Assembly (NCBI GenBank): GCA_016182495.1
Contig: JACPGK010000032.1
Location: 23,917 to 87,916, forward strand
DNA from: Candidatus Kerfeldbacteria bacterium
Lineage (GTDB): Bacteria > Patescibacteriota > Patescibacteriia > UBA9570
DNA length: 64,000 nt
Direction of reading: 5' to 3'
Shown: one piece after another, positions 19,153 to 28,045 of the stretch
How the letters are laid out: each line of letters opens with the position of its first letter
Numbering within the stretch: position 1 is the first letter of the stretch
Position numbers and translations under genes: made by a program
Notes under the pieces: generated by a model
Seen by the model: only the letters and a program-made list of their open reading frames with translations
The model's database searches: none
Told to the model about the DNA's origin: nothing

Positions 19153-21715
19153 CTTGATGACTGTTAAAAGTTAACTTACCTTGACGATAATCAACCGTGA
19201 TAGTAGTGCCAGCCGGTAACTTACCTTCAATTAACCGCCAAGCTAATTCATCGGTGATGGTATTTTGAATAATGCGTTGTAATGGACGCGCCCCAAACAC
19301 TGGATCAAAACCAATGCTGACCAAATGGTCAGTGGCCGCTGCCGTACACTGTACCGTTACTCCTTTATCAGCCAATCGATCAATCACTCGCTGCAGCTGC
19401 AGCTGAACAATGGCCTGCATATCAGTGGCCGTGAGTTGCTGAAAAATAATACTATCATCAATCCGATTTAAAAACTCTGGACGAAATGCCTGACGCAGCA
19501 CTGTTTGTACAGCTTGACGCTGTTGATCGGGTTGGTTAGCTAACTGCATAATTTCTGGACTGGCTAAATTTGAAGTCATAATAATGATGACATTCTTAAA
19601 ATCAACTGTTCGACCTTTGGCATCGGTTAATCGTCCATCATCTAATACCTGCAGTAATATGTTCAATACTGCTGGATGGGCCTTTTCAATCTCATCAAAT
19701 AAAATTACTGTATAGGGGTGACGCCGAACAGCCTCGGTGAGTTGGCCGCCTTCTTCGTACCCAACGTAACCAGGCGGTGATCCAATTAATCGGGCTACAC
19801 TATGTTTTTCCATATACTCCGACATATCAATCCGTGTGAGCATTTTTTCACTGGTAAACAATACCTGGGCAAGGGCTTTGGCCAATTCTGTTTTACCTAC
19901 GCCAGTTGGCCCTAAAAAAATAAATGATCCAAGTGGCCGATCTTCGGCCTGAATCCCAGCCCGACTGCGCCGAACCGCTCGGGCTACTGCGGTGATGGCT
20001 TGGGTTTGTCCAATCACCCGTTCACCCAACTGCTTCTCTAAATGTGTCAACTGCTCGGTTTCAGTGGTAAGCATTTTAGTCACCGGAATACCAGTCCAAC
20101 GTGATACCACTTGGGCAATATCTTCTTCCGTCACTTCATCTTTCAAAATTTTCTGATCGCGTTGAATATCGGCTAACTGTTGCTGGGCTTGGTGGATAGT
20201 TTTTTCCAGAGCAGGAATTTTACCATAAGTAATTTCGGCCACGGCCTGTAAATCGCCTAACCGTTCTGCCTGAATGGCCTGCTCCTTCAGTTGATCAATG
20301 TGCTTACTGGCGGTTGAAATTTGATCAATGTATTTTTTTTCATTCTGCCAGTGTAATTGTATTTCTTTTAACTGTTCCCCCAGTTCAGCCAAATCGTGTT
20401 CTAGGGCAGTTAAACGCTGCTGCGATTGGGTGTCGTGTTCTTTAGTCAAAGCCGCCCGTTCAATTTCTAACTGACGAACTCGTCGTTCTAAACGATCCAG
20501 CGCTGTTGGTTTACTATCACGCTCAAGCTGTAATACCGAACAGGCTTCATCCATCAAATCAATGGCTTTATCTGGTAAAAAACGATCAGTAATATAGCGA
20601 GTCGATAACAACACCGCTGCCACTACAGCGTTATCGCGAATTTTAACCCCATGATGAACTTCATATTTTTCTTTAATACCGCGTACAATAGAAATGGCAT
20701 CGGCTGTAGTGGGCTCTTCTACCATGACTGGTTGAAATCGTCGTTCCAGCGCCGCATCTTTTTCAATATAACGACGGTATTCTTTAATAGTGCTAGCGCC
20801 AATGGCATGTAATTGGCCACGCGCTAACGTTGGCTTCAATAAATTGCCAGCATCCATAGCACCTTCAGCACTGCCAGCTCCAATAATCGTATGCAATTCA
20901 TCAATAAATAAAATGATTTGGCCATTGGACTGTTCAATTTCTTTCAACAAGGCTTTTAAACGATCTTCAAACTCGCCACGATATTTGGTACCAGCCACTA
21001 GGGCTCCTAAATCTAGGGCTAGTAACTGTTTGCGCTTTAAGCTTTCTGGCACATCACCATCAACGATCTTTTTAGCTAGACCTTCAACGATGGCGGTTTT
21101 ACCAGTACCGGGTTCGCCTACTAATACCGGATTATTTTTACTACGCCGTGATAATATTTGCATGACGCGACGAATTTCATCATCCCGACCAATCACCGGA
21201 TCAATTTTTCCAGTTCGAGCCAAAGCTGTAAAATCGTGAGTATATTTAGCCAACACCTCATACTTACTTTCCGGTTCTGCATCAGTGACGCGTTGTGATC
21301 CACGAATGGTTTTAAGCACATCTAATACTTGTTGTTGAGTGAATGGCAGCAGTTTGGTAATAGCAGTATTATCTAGTAAAGCTAATAATAGATGCTCGGT
21401 GCTAACGTAATCATCCTTCAATTGAGCCGCTGACTGTTCAGCCCGGGTTAAAACCTGTCGTAAATCGTTACCAATATACGGTTCACCGCCAGTAACCTTA
21501 GGTAGAGCGTCCAGTTCAGCCTGCAGGCTACGTTGCACGGCTGCGGGTTGATGATTTAACTTCAGTACCAACTTTGGTACCAAACCTTCTGATTGTTGTA
21601 CTAAAGCCAAAGCCAAGTGTGGTGGCTTAATTTCTTGATGTGAACTGTGCTCGGCCAGCTGTATAGTATGCTGGATAGCTTCAGCCGCTTTGGTAGTAAA
21701 ACGATTTAAATTCAT
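19142..21715 (-). CDS. clpB: Chaperone ClpB
   Basis: MNLNRFT start, two AAA+ modules ([15 protein letters not shown]; [16 protein letters not shown]), coiled-coil M domain, GYVGY pore loop. Confidence 0.96.
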   Translation of the reverse strand: MNLNRFTTKAAEAIQHTIQLAEHSSHQEIKPPHLALALVQQSEGLVPKLVLKLNHQPAAVQRSLQAELDALPKVTGGEPYIGNDLRQVLTRAEQSAAQLKDDYVSTEHLLLALLDNTAITKLLPFTQQQVLDVLKTIRGSQRVTDAEPESKYEVLAKYTHDFTALARTGKIDPVIGRDDEIRRVMQILSRRSKNNPVLVGEPGTGKTAIVEGLAKKIVDGDVPESLKRKQLLALDLGALVAGTKYRGEFEDRLKALLKEIEQSNGQIILFIDELHTIIGAGSAEGAMDAGNLLKPTLARGQLHAIGASTIKEYRRYIEKDAALERRFQPVMVEEPTTADAISIVRGIKEKYEVHHGVKIRDNAVVAAVLLSTRYITDRFLPDKAIDLMDEACSVLQLERDSKPTALDRLERRVRQLEIERAALTKEHDTQSQQRLTALEHDLAELGEQLKEIQLHWQNEKKYIDQISTASKHIDQLKEQAIQAERLGDLQAVAEITYGKIPALEKTIHQAQQQLADIQRDQKILKDEVTEEDIAQVVSRWTGIPVTKMLTTETEQLTHLEKQLGERVIGQTQAITAVARAVRRSRAGIQAEDRPLGSFIFLGPTGVGKTELAKALAQVLFTSEKMLTRIDMSEYMEKHSVARLIGSPPGYVGYEEGGQLTEAVRRHPYTVILFDEIEKAHPAVLNILLQVLDDGRLTDAKGRTVDFKNVIIIMTSNLASPEIMQLANQPDQQRQAVQTVLRQAFRPEFLNRIDDSIIFQQLTATDMQAIVQLQLQRVIDRLADKGVTVQCTAAATDHLVSIGFDPVFGARPLQRIIQNTITDELAWRLIEGKLPAGTTITVDYRQGKLTFNSHQAKE

Positions 21716-21741
21716 TAGCACTCTCTAGTATAGAGTGCTAA
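21715..21741. promoter_or_regulatory. CIRCE operator (HrcA) enclosing the clpB -10 box
   Basis: Exact TTAGCACTC-N9-GAGTGCTAA. Minus-strand TATACT lies in the spacer, with TTGACG 18 nt upstream (21751-21756). Confidence 0.95.
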
Positions 21742-21763
21742 TTATCAATTCGTCAAGTGCTGG

Positions 21764-22282
21764 CTAGCGCTGATACAAAAAAATAGTAATAGCCTGTTGT
21801 CCTGGCTTATCAACTATAGTAGGCTGCCAACCGACAATTGGAAAAACATAAGAAATAACTCGACTGCCTGGTTTCAGTTCACGTTCTAATTTTAAGCGCA
21901 AGGTATGACGTAATTTTTCGGGCATACCAAACACATACACCACATCAGCGGTAGCTAAATTAATTCGGAACAGGTTGCGCCAATAAAACTGCACATTGGT
22001 TCGGCCTGAACGCCATTGTCGAAACTTACATACCAGCCATAACGGCCAGGCTAACTCCACGCCAATAGCTTGGCCAGAACAATGTTCAGCAACATACAAT
22101 ACCGTTTTACCGTTACCACAGCCTAAATCATAAAACGTTTCTGTTGGTTGTAGCTGGGCTAAGCGCAGTATCCGCGGTAAATCCTTTTGCCACATTGGTA
22201 CCCATGGAGCCAGCGACCAGCTAGGTAGAGCCATCATTGCCACCAACCCAAACAGTAGAATGAATAGTAGCCACCACATCAC
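21764..22282 (-). CDS. Membrane-anchored class I SAM methyltransferase (FAM173/ANTKMT-like)
   Basis: N-terminal TM, APWVP, YDLGCGNG, GVELA, ELKPGSRVISY.F. Confidence 0.78.
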   Translation of the reverse strand: MMWWLLFILLFGLVAMMALPSWSLAPWVPMWQKDLPRILRLAQLQPTETFYDLGCGNGKTVLYVAEHCSGQAIGVELAWPLWLVCKFRQWRSGRTNVQFYWRNLFRINLATADVVYVFGMPEKLRHTLRLKLERELKPGSRVISYVFPIVGWQPTIVDKPGQQAITIFLYQR

Positions 22283-25047
22283 TAAATTGGTTCAGCTTTA
22301 ATCACAGTTACTTCACCGCCGGGTTGTAGTTCCACGCTATCGCGACGTGATAATTGTTTATCCAGTAATAATTTGGCAATGCCATCTTGCACTGTATCTT
22401 GAATTAAACGACGCAACGGACGAGCTCCAAATTGACGATTATAGCCACGCTGAACCAAATCAATCACCGCAACTGGTGTCCATTGTAATGTAATACCCTT
22501 GGCTTGCAGCTGATGAGCTAACTGCTGCAACATTAATTCACCAACTTGCACCAGTTCTTCGGGCGTGAATGGAGTAAATACTGCAATATGATCGAACCGA
22601 TTTAAAAATTCTGGCCGAAAATAATGCCGTAATAAATCTCCGGACAATAATTCTTGCTCAATCGCCTGGGTGGTGGCGCCTTGATCGTAACGCTGTTGAA
22701 TAGTATCGGTACCAGCATTGGATGTGGCAATAATCATGGTATTGCTAAAATCAATCGTGCGGCCAGTACCATCAGTCAGTCGGCCATCTTCCATCACTTG
22801 TAAAAAAACATTGAGTACATCGCTATGGGCTTTCTCGAGCTCATCGAGCAACACAATGCCGAATGGCGTGCGCCGAACAGCTTCGGTGAGATGTCCTTGC
22901 TCACCGGCAGCACCGATCAGTTTAGTTAAACTGTCAGGGGTATCATATTCCGACATGTCAAATCGCAACATGGCTTGCTCGTTGCCAAAATAAACAGCCG
23001 CAATAGCTTTAGCGGTTTCGGTTTTACCTACTCCGGTGGGACCTAAAAATAGTAAGGAGGCGATTGGCCGAGTTGTATCGCGAATATCCTCTCTAGCCCG
23101 CCGTAACGCTCGCGCAATGGCTTGAATAGCTTCAGTTTGACCAATAACGCGTTCAGCTAAAATCTGTTCGAGATGCAACAACTTTTGAGCTTCAGTTTGA
23201 GAAATAGCACTTAACTGCACATTGGTTTTTTCGGACATAATCCGTTCCACCACCGCTTTAGAGACTAAAGCATGCTCACCCAATTGTTCACGGGCATAAA
23301 TAGCCGCCTCTTCCATAATGTCGAGTGCTTTAGCCGGTAAATGACGATCTTTCATAAATCGTTCAGTTAATTCGACAGCCGCTACTAAAGCATCGTGCGT
23401 AAAATATACTTTTTGCTTACTTTCTACATAGAGTGCTCGACTAGCTAACACGCGTACCGCATCGGCTGGTGCCAGTTCTGCTACTGTGACTACTTGAAAT
23501 CTGCGTAAAAATGTTTCGTTATTTTCAATATATTTCTGAAACTCTGGCGTGGTAGTAGTGCCTACTACCTTAATATACCCCTGGGAAATATAGTTCATTA
23601 AAATTTTCCCAATATCAATATTAGAACCAGTTGAGCCGGCCCCCAATAACGTATGGATATCTTCAATGCCCCAAATCACGTTGCCGGCCATAATAATATC
23701 TCGAATGATTAATTCCATCCGTTGTTCTATGCCACCAACGCCGCCGGCGCCGGCAATAATAGCACCGGGTTCCGACACTACAAAACGTTTATCCTGCAAC
23801 GATACTGGCACATCTTCGGCTGTCATTAACTGGGCAATGCCCTGCAATAGGCTGGTTTTGCCGCTGCCAGATTCACCGACAAATAACACACTGCTATGAC
23901 CTTCTTGCAACACCCGAAAGGCTTCTTGCACAGCTTGGTTCCGGCCAATCACTGGTAAAAAGTGACCGGCTCTGGCTTGCAGGGTAAAATCTTGCGATAC
24001 AGCGTCGAGTTGGTTGGTGGGTCGAGCGGTCATGGCTCGATTCATAATCGTTTTAGGTTTACTGCGACCTAAATGATACCGTCGCTGTTGTTGTTGCAGC
24101 ATATCATCCACTATATTGCTCCATTCCACCAGGCTACGCACTTTATCAAGTGTCACTTCGCGTTCGTATAAAGCGTCATTAATTAATTGATCCGCTAAAA
24201 TACAACCAACTAACGCTTCTACCGGTTTTACTTGGGGGCGATGATGGTCACGCGCTTCAGCATAGGCTAACAGTAAAGCCCGTCGCAGCTCGGCCCCTAA
24301 ATCAGGTGTTGTGAATGGATGCGCACTTTTCTCTAATCGATTAGTCAAACGCGCCAAGGTACGCTGCAACTCGCGATTATCAATTTCTAAACGATACAAC
24401 AATGCTCGAATATCACTACGCTCGTACAACGTCAGCAAGAGATGGAGGGGCTTCACTTCAGTGTGATGCCACCGTTCAGCCAACAAATACGCCTGTTCTA
24501 AAGCAGCCGTGGTGGTATCGTGCAGGTAGAGTGATGCCTCAATTTTTTTCTGATCAGGAACGTTACGCCAATATTTCCAATCCGTAGCGCTGCCGGTAAT
24601 AGTAAAATGCGCTAATTTATTTTCGGCAGTAATATAGCGATGTTGGTTGCTACGGACCAATCGGTAATATAAAAATAAATCAGCTACTACCGAGGCCCAA
24701 AAGCCTAAAATTAATGGCGAGCGCTGACTAAATAAATGCACTAACGGTTGATGCGTCACTTGCAATTCAATGATCTCTAACAGTAATGCTATTAAGCCGG
24801 CGCTGGCGGCAACGATGAACACAGTAGTCACTATCCAGTTGATGGTACGTTCGAGTTTTTTTTCAAGTACGCTGCTTACCGATAATTGCTCGCCCCAATA
24901 CACTAAATCATTTTCAATAAAACCTAACACTGATTGTTCAGCCCGACACCAGCTGCAGATGACGTGTTTACCGGCCGGAGTAATGGTATAACCAAACCCA
25001 TGACACTGTGGACAATCAATCCAAGCAGCTGATAGCGCTACAGCCAT
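22282..25047 (-). CDS. Atypical Clp/Hsp100 ATPase with N-terminal Cys4 motif and two TM helices
   Basis: CPQCHGFG..CSWC, two hydrophobic helices, two Clp_N repeats, [41 protein letters not shown]. Confidence 0.85.
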   Translation of the reverse strand: MAVALSAAWIDCPQCHGFGYTITPAGKHVICSWCRAEQSVLGFIENDLVYWGEQLSVSSVLEKKLERTINWIVTTVFIVAASAGLIALLLEIIELQVTHQPLVHLFSQRSPLILGFWASVVADLFLYYRLVRSNQHRYITAENKLAHFTITGSATDWKYWRNVPDQKKIEASLYLHDTTTAALEQAYLLAERWHHTEVKPLHLLLTLYERSDIRALLYRLEIDNRELQRTLARLTNRLEKSAHPFTTPDLGAELRRALLLAYAEARDHHRPQVKPVEALVGCILADQLINDALYEREVTLDKVRSLVEWSNIVDDMLQQQQRRYHLGRSKPKTIMNRAMTARPTNQLDAVSQDFTLQARAGHFLPVIGRNQAVQEAFRVLQEGHSSVLFVGESGSGKTSLLQGIAQLMTAEDVPVSLQDKRFVVSEPGAIIAGAGGVGGIEQRMELIIRDIIMAGNVIWGIEDIHTLLGAGSTGSNIDIGKILMNYISQGYIKVVGTTTTPEFQKYIENNETFLRRFQVVTVAELAPADAVRVLASRALYVESKQKVYFTHDALVAAVELTERFMKDRHLPAKALDIMEEAAIYAREQLGEHALVSKAVVERIMSEKTNVQLSAISQTEAQKLLHLEQILAERVIGQTEAIQAIARALRRAREDIRDTTRPIASLLFLGPTGVGKTETAKAIAAVYFGNEQAMLRFDMSEYDTPDSLTKLIGAAGEQGHLTEAVRRTPFGIVLLDELEKAHSDVLNVFLQVMEDGRLTDGTGRTIDFSNTMIIATSNAGTDTIQQRYDQGATTQAIEQELLSGDLLRHYFRPEFLNRFDHIAVFTPFTPEELVQVGELMLQQLAHQLQAKGITLQWTPVAVIDLVQRGYNRQFGARPLRRLIQDTVQDGIAKLLLDKQLSRRDSVELQPGGEVTVIKAEPI

Positions 25048-25427
25048 AGGTAAATATTAGTATCAATGATGCCAAATTGGTATACAATATTATACACTAC
25101 AAATACCGGAGCCAGTAACCACACCGCTAGTAACGCTAACAACAGTATAATATAGGCGGTGGCTTGCAAAGTGAGTAAACTAAAATGTACCAAACGTACC
25201 GGAAAACTAATCAACCGACTCCAAATATCGGTTAAGCCATACATGGGCACAAACAAGTATTGTGCCAATATTTTTAAATTGAGTGACCGAACAATATCTT
25301 GAGCCTGCCAACTTAATACTCGAATTATTTTTATGGTACCAGCGCCATACCACCACACTGGAAAATACATCACCATTAAAACGATATCAACCACCAAAAA
25401 TCGTACCACCTGTGTAAACGTTGACAT
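25038..25427 (-). CDS. Membrane protein (FPVWWYG motif) upstream of the Clp-like ATPase
   Basis: Hydrophobic 129-aa ORF, overlapping the ATPase start by 10 nt. Confidence 0.7.
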   Translation of the reverse strand: MSTFTQVVRFLVVDIVLMVMYFPVWWYGAGTIKIIRVLSWQAQDIVRSLNLKILAQYLFVPMYGLTDIWSRLISFPVRLVHFSLLTLQATAYIILLLALLAVWLLAPVFVVYNIVYQFGIIDTNIYLWL

Positions 25428-25433
25428 GGCATC

Positions 25434-25442
25434 AGTATACCA
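25434..25442 (-). promoter_or_regulatory. Extended -10 promoter, leaderless geometry
   Basis: TGG-TATACT, 6 nt before ATG 25427. Confidence 0.65.
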
Positions 25443-25454
25443 CCGCCCAGGTGG

Positions 25455-25823
25455 TTATTCAAAATGCCAATACGGCCCTAGGGCTAACAATACTACTAGG
25501 CTAGTGATAAAAAAAATACTAAACCACCAATTCCAGCCGTAACTTAAAAAAGCCATCAAGCCAACTAGAGCAATAACATCGGCCATTGCCCAGGCAATAT
25601 ACTCCTGCTGTAAAATACGTTTAAACACAATCGCCAATAGCGCGCTCATTAAGCCCACAGCGATTAAAGCATACAGCATGGCAGTGGATTTTGTAGTGAT
25701 GTACGGCGTAGTGTACTGTAACCAATACGCTAGCGCAAAATAAACCAAGGTACTAGTCAACAGACTGGCCCATACAGTATACACGGCCGGCATATTACGA
25801 TGATTGATAATTGAATCAACCAT
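25455..25823 (-). CDS. Hypothetical 4-TM membrane protein
   Basis: Four hydrophobic segments; tight packing with neighbours. Confidence 0.6.
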   Translation of the reverse strand: MVDSIINHRNMPAVYTVWASLLTSTLVYFALAYWLQYTTPYITTKSTAMLYALIAVGLMSALLAIVFKRILQQEYIAWAMADVIALVGLMAFLSYGWNWWFSIFFITSLVVLLALGPYWHFE

Positions 25824-25829
25824 GTTTCT

Positions 25830-26156
25830 TTAACACGTATAAGTTGAAGCTACTACATACAATAAACTAGCGGCGGCCAGGCTCATGCTAATTGAAATCA
25901 TAACCAACCACGATACGTGATGGCGGTGGTGTTCAAATAAATTATAGGCTTCGAGTAGTAACCCAATTAATAACACTGCTACTCCTCCGTAGCCAAACTT
26001 AGCTGCTCCTAATAATAAGGTATTAGCGCATACTTCTGTAAATACGGGAAACAACATCATACCAAACACTACGCTGACCATGACAGTTCCAATGAAAACT
26101 ACTAACACAGGTAAAGCTGGGTGTAAACCGGTTTTGGAAGGTGGGTGATGAACCAT
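25830..26156 (-). CDS. Hypothetical 3-TM membrane protein
   Basis: Three hydrophobic segments; TATACT 11 nt upstream. Confidence 0.6.
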   Translation of the reverse strand: MVHHPPSKTGLHPALPVLVVFIGTVMVSVVFGMMLFPVFTEVCANTLLLGAAKFGYGGVAVLLIGLLLEAYNLFEHHRHHVSWLVMISISMSLAAASLLYVVASTYTC

Positions 26157-26187
26157 AGACAGTAATTAGTATAGCTAGTTCAATTGG

Positions 26188-26928
26188 TTAGGGCAAATAG
26201 AGTACGGCTGGCACTGGTAAAGAATTTTCTTGATACTGTACAGCTGGTGTACTAATCACTAACCCAGTAGATGTGCCACCATCCAGATTCAATGCCATAG
26301 TTAAATCGAGCTTCAGTTCATGAGTCACTATGTCAGCTAATTGGCTAAGTGACAGCACTCCATATTCAGCCACCATCAAATAGATGGCACCGGTTTTATC
26401 GGTGGCCAGCACAGTGCGTTGGGCGGTATCAGCTGATCCAGCTGTGTACACGTCTGCCCCGTGTAGCAGTATCGGATACGATTCCACTGCATACAAAGCA
26501 TCGCTAGCCGTTGTGGCACTCGGTTGTAAAGACCAACCTTGCCCTGTTAGGCTTTGGGCTACCCCGGTGCCAGCGCGCAGTTTTGGTCCGTACGTTTCAC
26601 CGTTAATCACCAACCGAGTAGTGGGTTGATACTGTTCATCAAAATAACTGGCATTAATCACCACCTGGGCTTGTAACTGTTGCTGCCATTCGGCTACTGT
26701 TTTTGGGTTAGACTGATCGTAGGCTAATAGTAGCGCTTGTTGGCTGGGAGCGATTTTGACAATCGAAAATAATTCTTGACCAGAAGCTTGATTAACCACC
26801 ATCTGTTTAAAGCGCACCCCTGTGACTACTGTAGTCCACTGTTGGTATTGCGTTGGTGGCGTGATTGTGGTAGTGCAACTGGTACCAAGCACAATGACTG
26901 TTAAAAGAATACAAAAAAAATAACGCAT
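26188..26928 (-). CDS. Phosphodiester glycosidase (NAGPA-like) family lipoprotein
   Basis: Lipobox-like LGTSC, VINASYF, QRTVLA, ALNLDGGTST. Confidence 0.8.
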   Translation of the reverse strand: MRYFFCILLTVIVLGTSCTTTITPPTQYQQWTTVVTGVRFKQMVVNQASGQELFSIVKIAPSQQALLLAYDQSNPKTVAEWQQQLQAQVVINASYFDEQYQPTTRLVINGETYGPKLRAGTGVAQSLTGQGWSLQPSATTASDALYAVESYPILLHGADVYTAGSADTAQRTVLATDKTGAIYLMVAEYGVLSLSQLADIVTHELKLDLTMALNLDGGTSTGLVISTPAVQYQENSLPVPAVLYLP

Positions 26929-26934
26929 GGTTTA

Positions 26935-28041
26935 TCAGTATAGCGCGAGATTAATTCGAATGTCACGTAACAGTTGAATATAAAAACTAACATTGTGCAC
27001 GGTGGCTAAGCGGGCAGCTAACGGTTCGTGTACAGAAAATAAATAACGCAGATAGGCTCGACTATAGCCGCTGGTGCACGTGGAACAATCACACAGTGGG
27101 TCAAGTGGTTGAGAATCAGTTTGATAGCTTAAATTATCAAGCGATAATTTAGTATAGTGCACCAGGCTTAAATTCTGTTCCACTAACTGTGAGGCAGTGT
27201 GTACATACACCTGGCCATGACGAGCGTTGCGGGTTGGTAACACACAATCAAACATATCTATCCCTCGCTTCACCGCTTGAAGAATTTGCTCTGGTTGACC
27301 TACGCCCATTAAATAGCGTGGCTGTTCAGCTGGTAATAATGGTACCGTCGCATCCAACACGTGATACATTATTTCTGGCGGTTCACCAACGGCTAAGCCA
27401 CCAATAGCATAACCATCAAACCCAATGGCGCGCAATTCACTGGCGCTGCGGGCCCGTAAATCAGGCCAAGTGGAACCTTGAACGATGCCGAACAGTAGAG
27501 ACCTTTCGCGGGACGTTTCTACACTATGTACCGCTCGACACCGTTCTGCCCAGTTGGTAGTTAAACGAACCGATTCTTCCACCTGGGCACGATTAGCTGG
27601 GTAGCCAGGAAAATAATCAAAACACATTCGAATATCTGAACCAATGGCTGCTTGAATATCCATGGCTAATTCTGGCGTGAAAAAAAATTCATGGCCATCA
27701 ATGTGCGAATTAAAACGCACGCCATCGGGTGATACCAAGCGCAAACGGGCTAAACTAAATACTTGGTAGCCGCCGGAATCTGTTAAAATTGGCTTAGTCC
27801 AGTGCATAAACTGATGTAAGCCACCTACCTGTTTGAGCACCTTTATACCTGGGCGTAAAAATAAATGATAGGTATTGGCCAAGATAATATCATTACCAAT
27901 GGTTGTTAAATCGCTGTTCGCTAAATGTTTAAGGCTGCCCCGAGTAGCAATGGGCATGAAGGCCGGTGTTGGCACCAAACCATGATCGGTGTGCAATTGG
28001 CCACTGCGGGCCTGCTGCCAGCGGTGAGTAATCGTGAACAT
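26935..28041 (-). CDS. tgt: tRNA-guanine transglycosylase
   Basis: TPAFMP, NTYHL, TDSGGYQV, FGIVQG, GGLAVGE, DMFDCVLPTRNARHG, CDCSTC. Start is 28041 or 28059. Confidence 0.96.
   Translation of the reverse strand: MFTITHRWQQARSGQLHTDHGLVPTPAFMPIATRGSLKHLANSDLTTIGNDIILANTYHLFLRPGIKVLKQVGGLHQFMHWTKPILTDSGGYQVFSLARLRLVSPDGVRFNSHIDGHEFFFTPELAMDIQAAIGSDIRMCFDYFPGYPANRAQVEESVRLTTNWAERCRAVHSVETSRERSLLFGIVQGSTWPDLRARSASELRAIGFDGYAIGGLAVGEPPEIMYHVLDATVPLLPAEQPRYLMGVGQPEQILQAVKRGIDMFDCVLPTRNARHGQVYVHTASQLVEQNLSLVHYTKLSLDNLSYQTDSQPLDPLCDCSTCTSGYSRAYLRYLFSVHEPLAARLATVHNVSFYIQLLRDIRINLALY
27495..27522. repeat. Degenerate REP-like palindrome within tgt
   Basis: GTAGAGACCTTTCGCGGGACGTTTCTAC, with the same GTAGAGAC..GT(C/T)TCTAC ends as the palindrome at 719-747. 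Confidence 0.6.
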
Positions 28042-28045
28042 CGTT

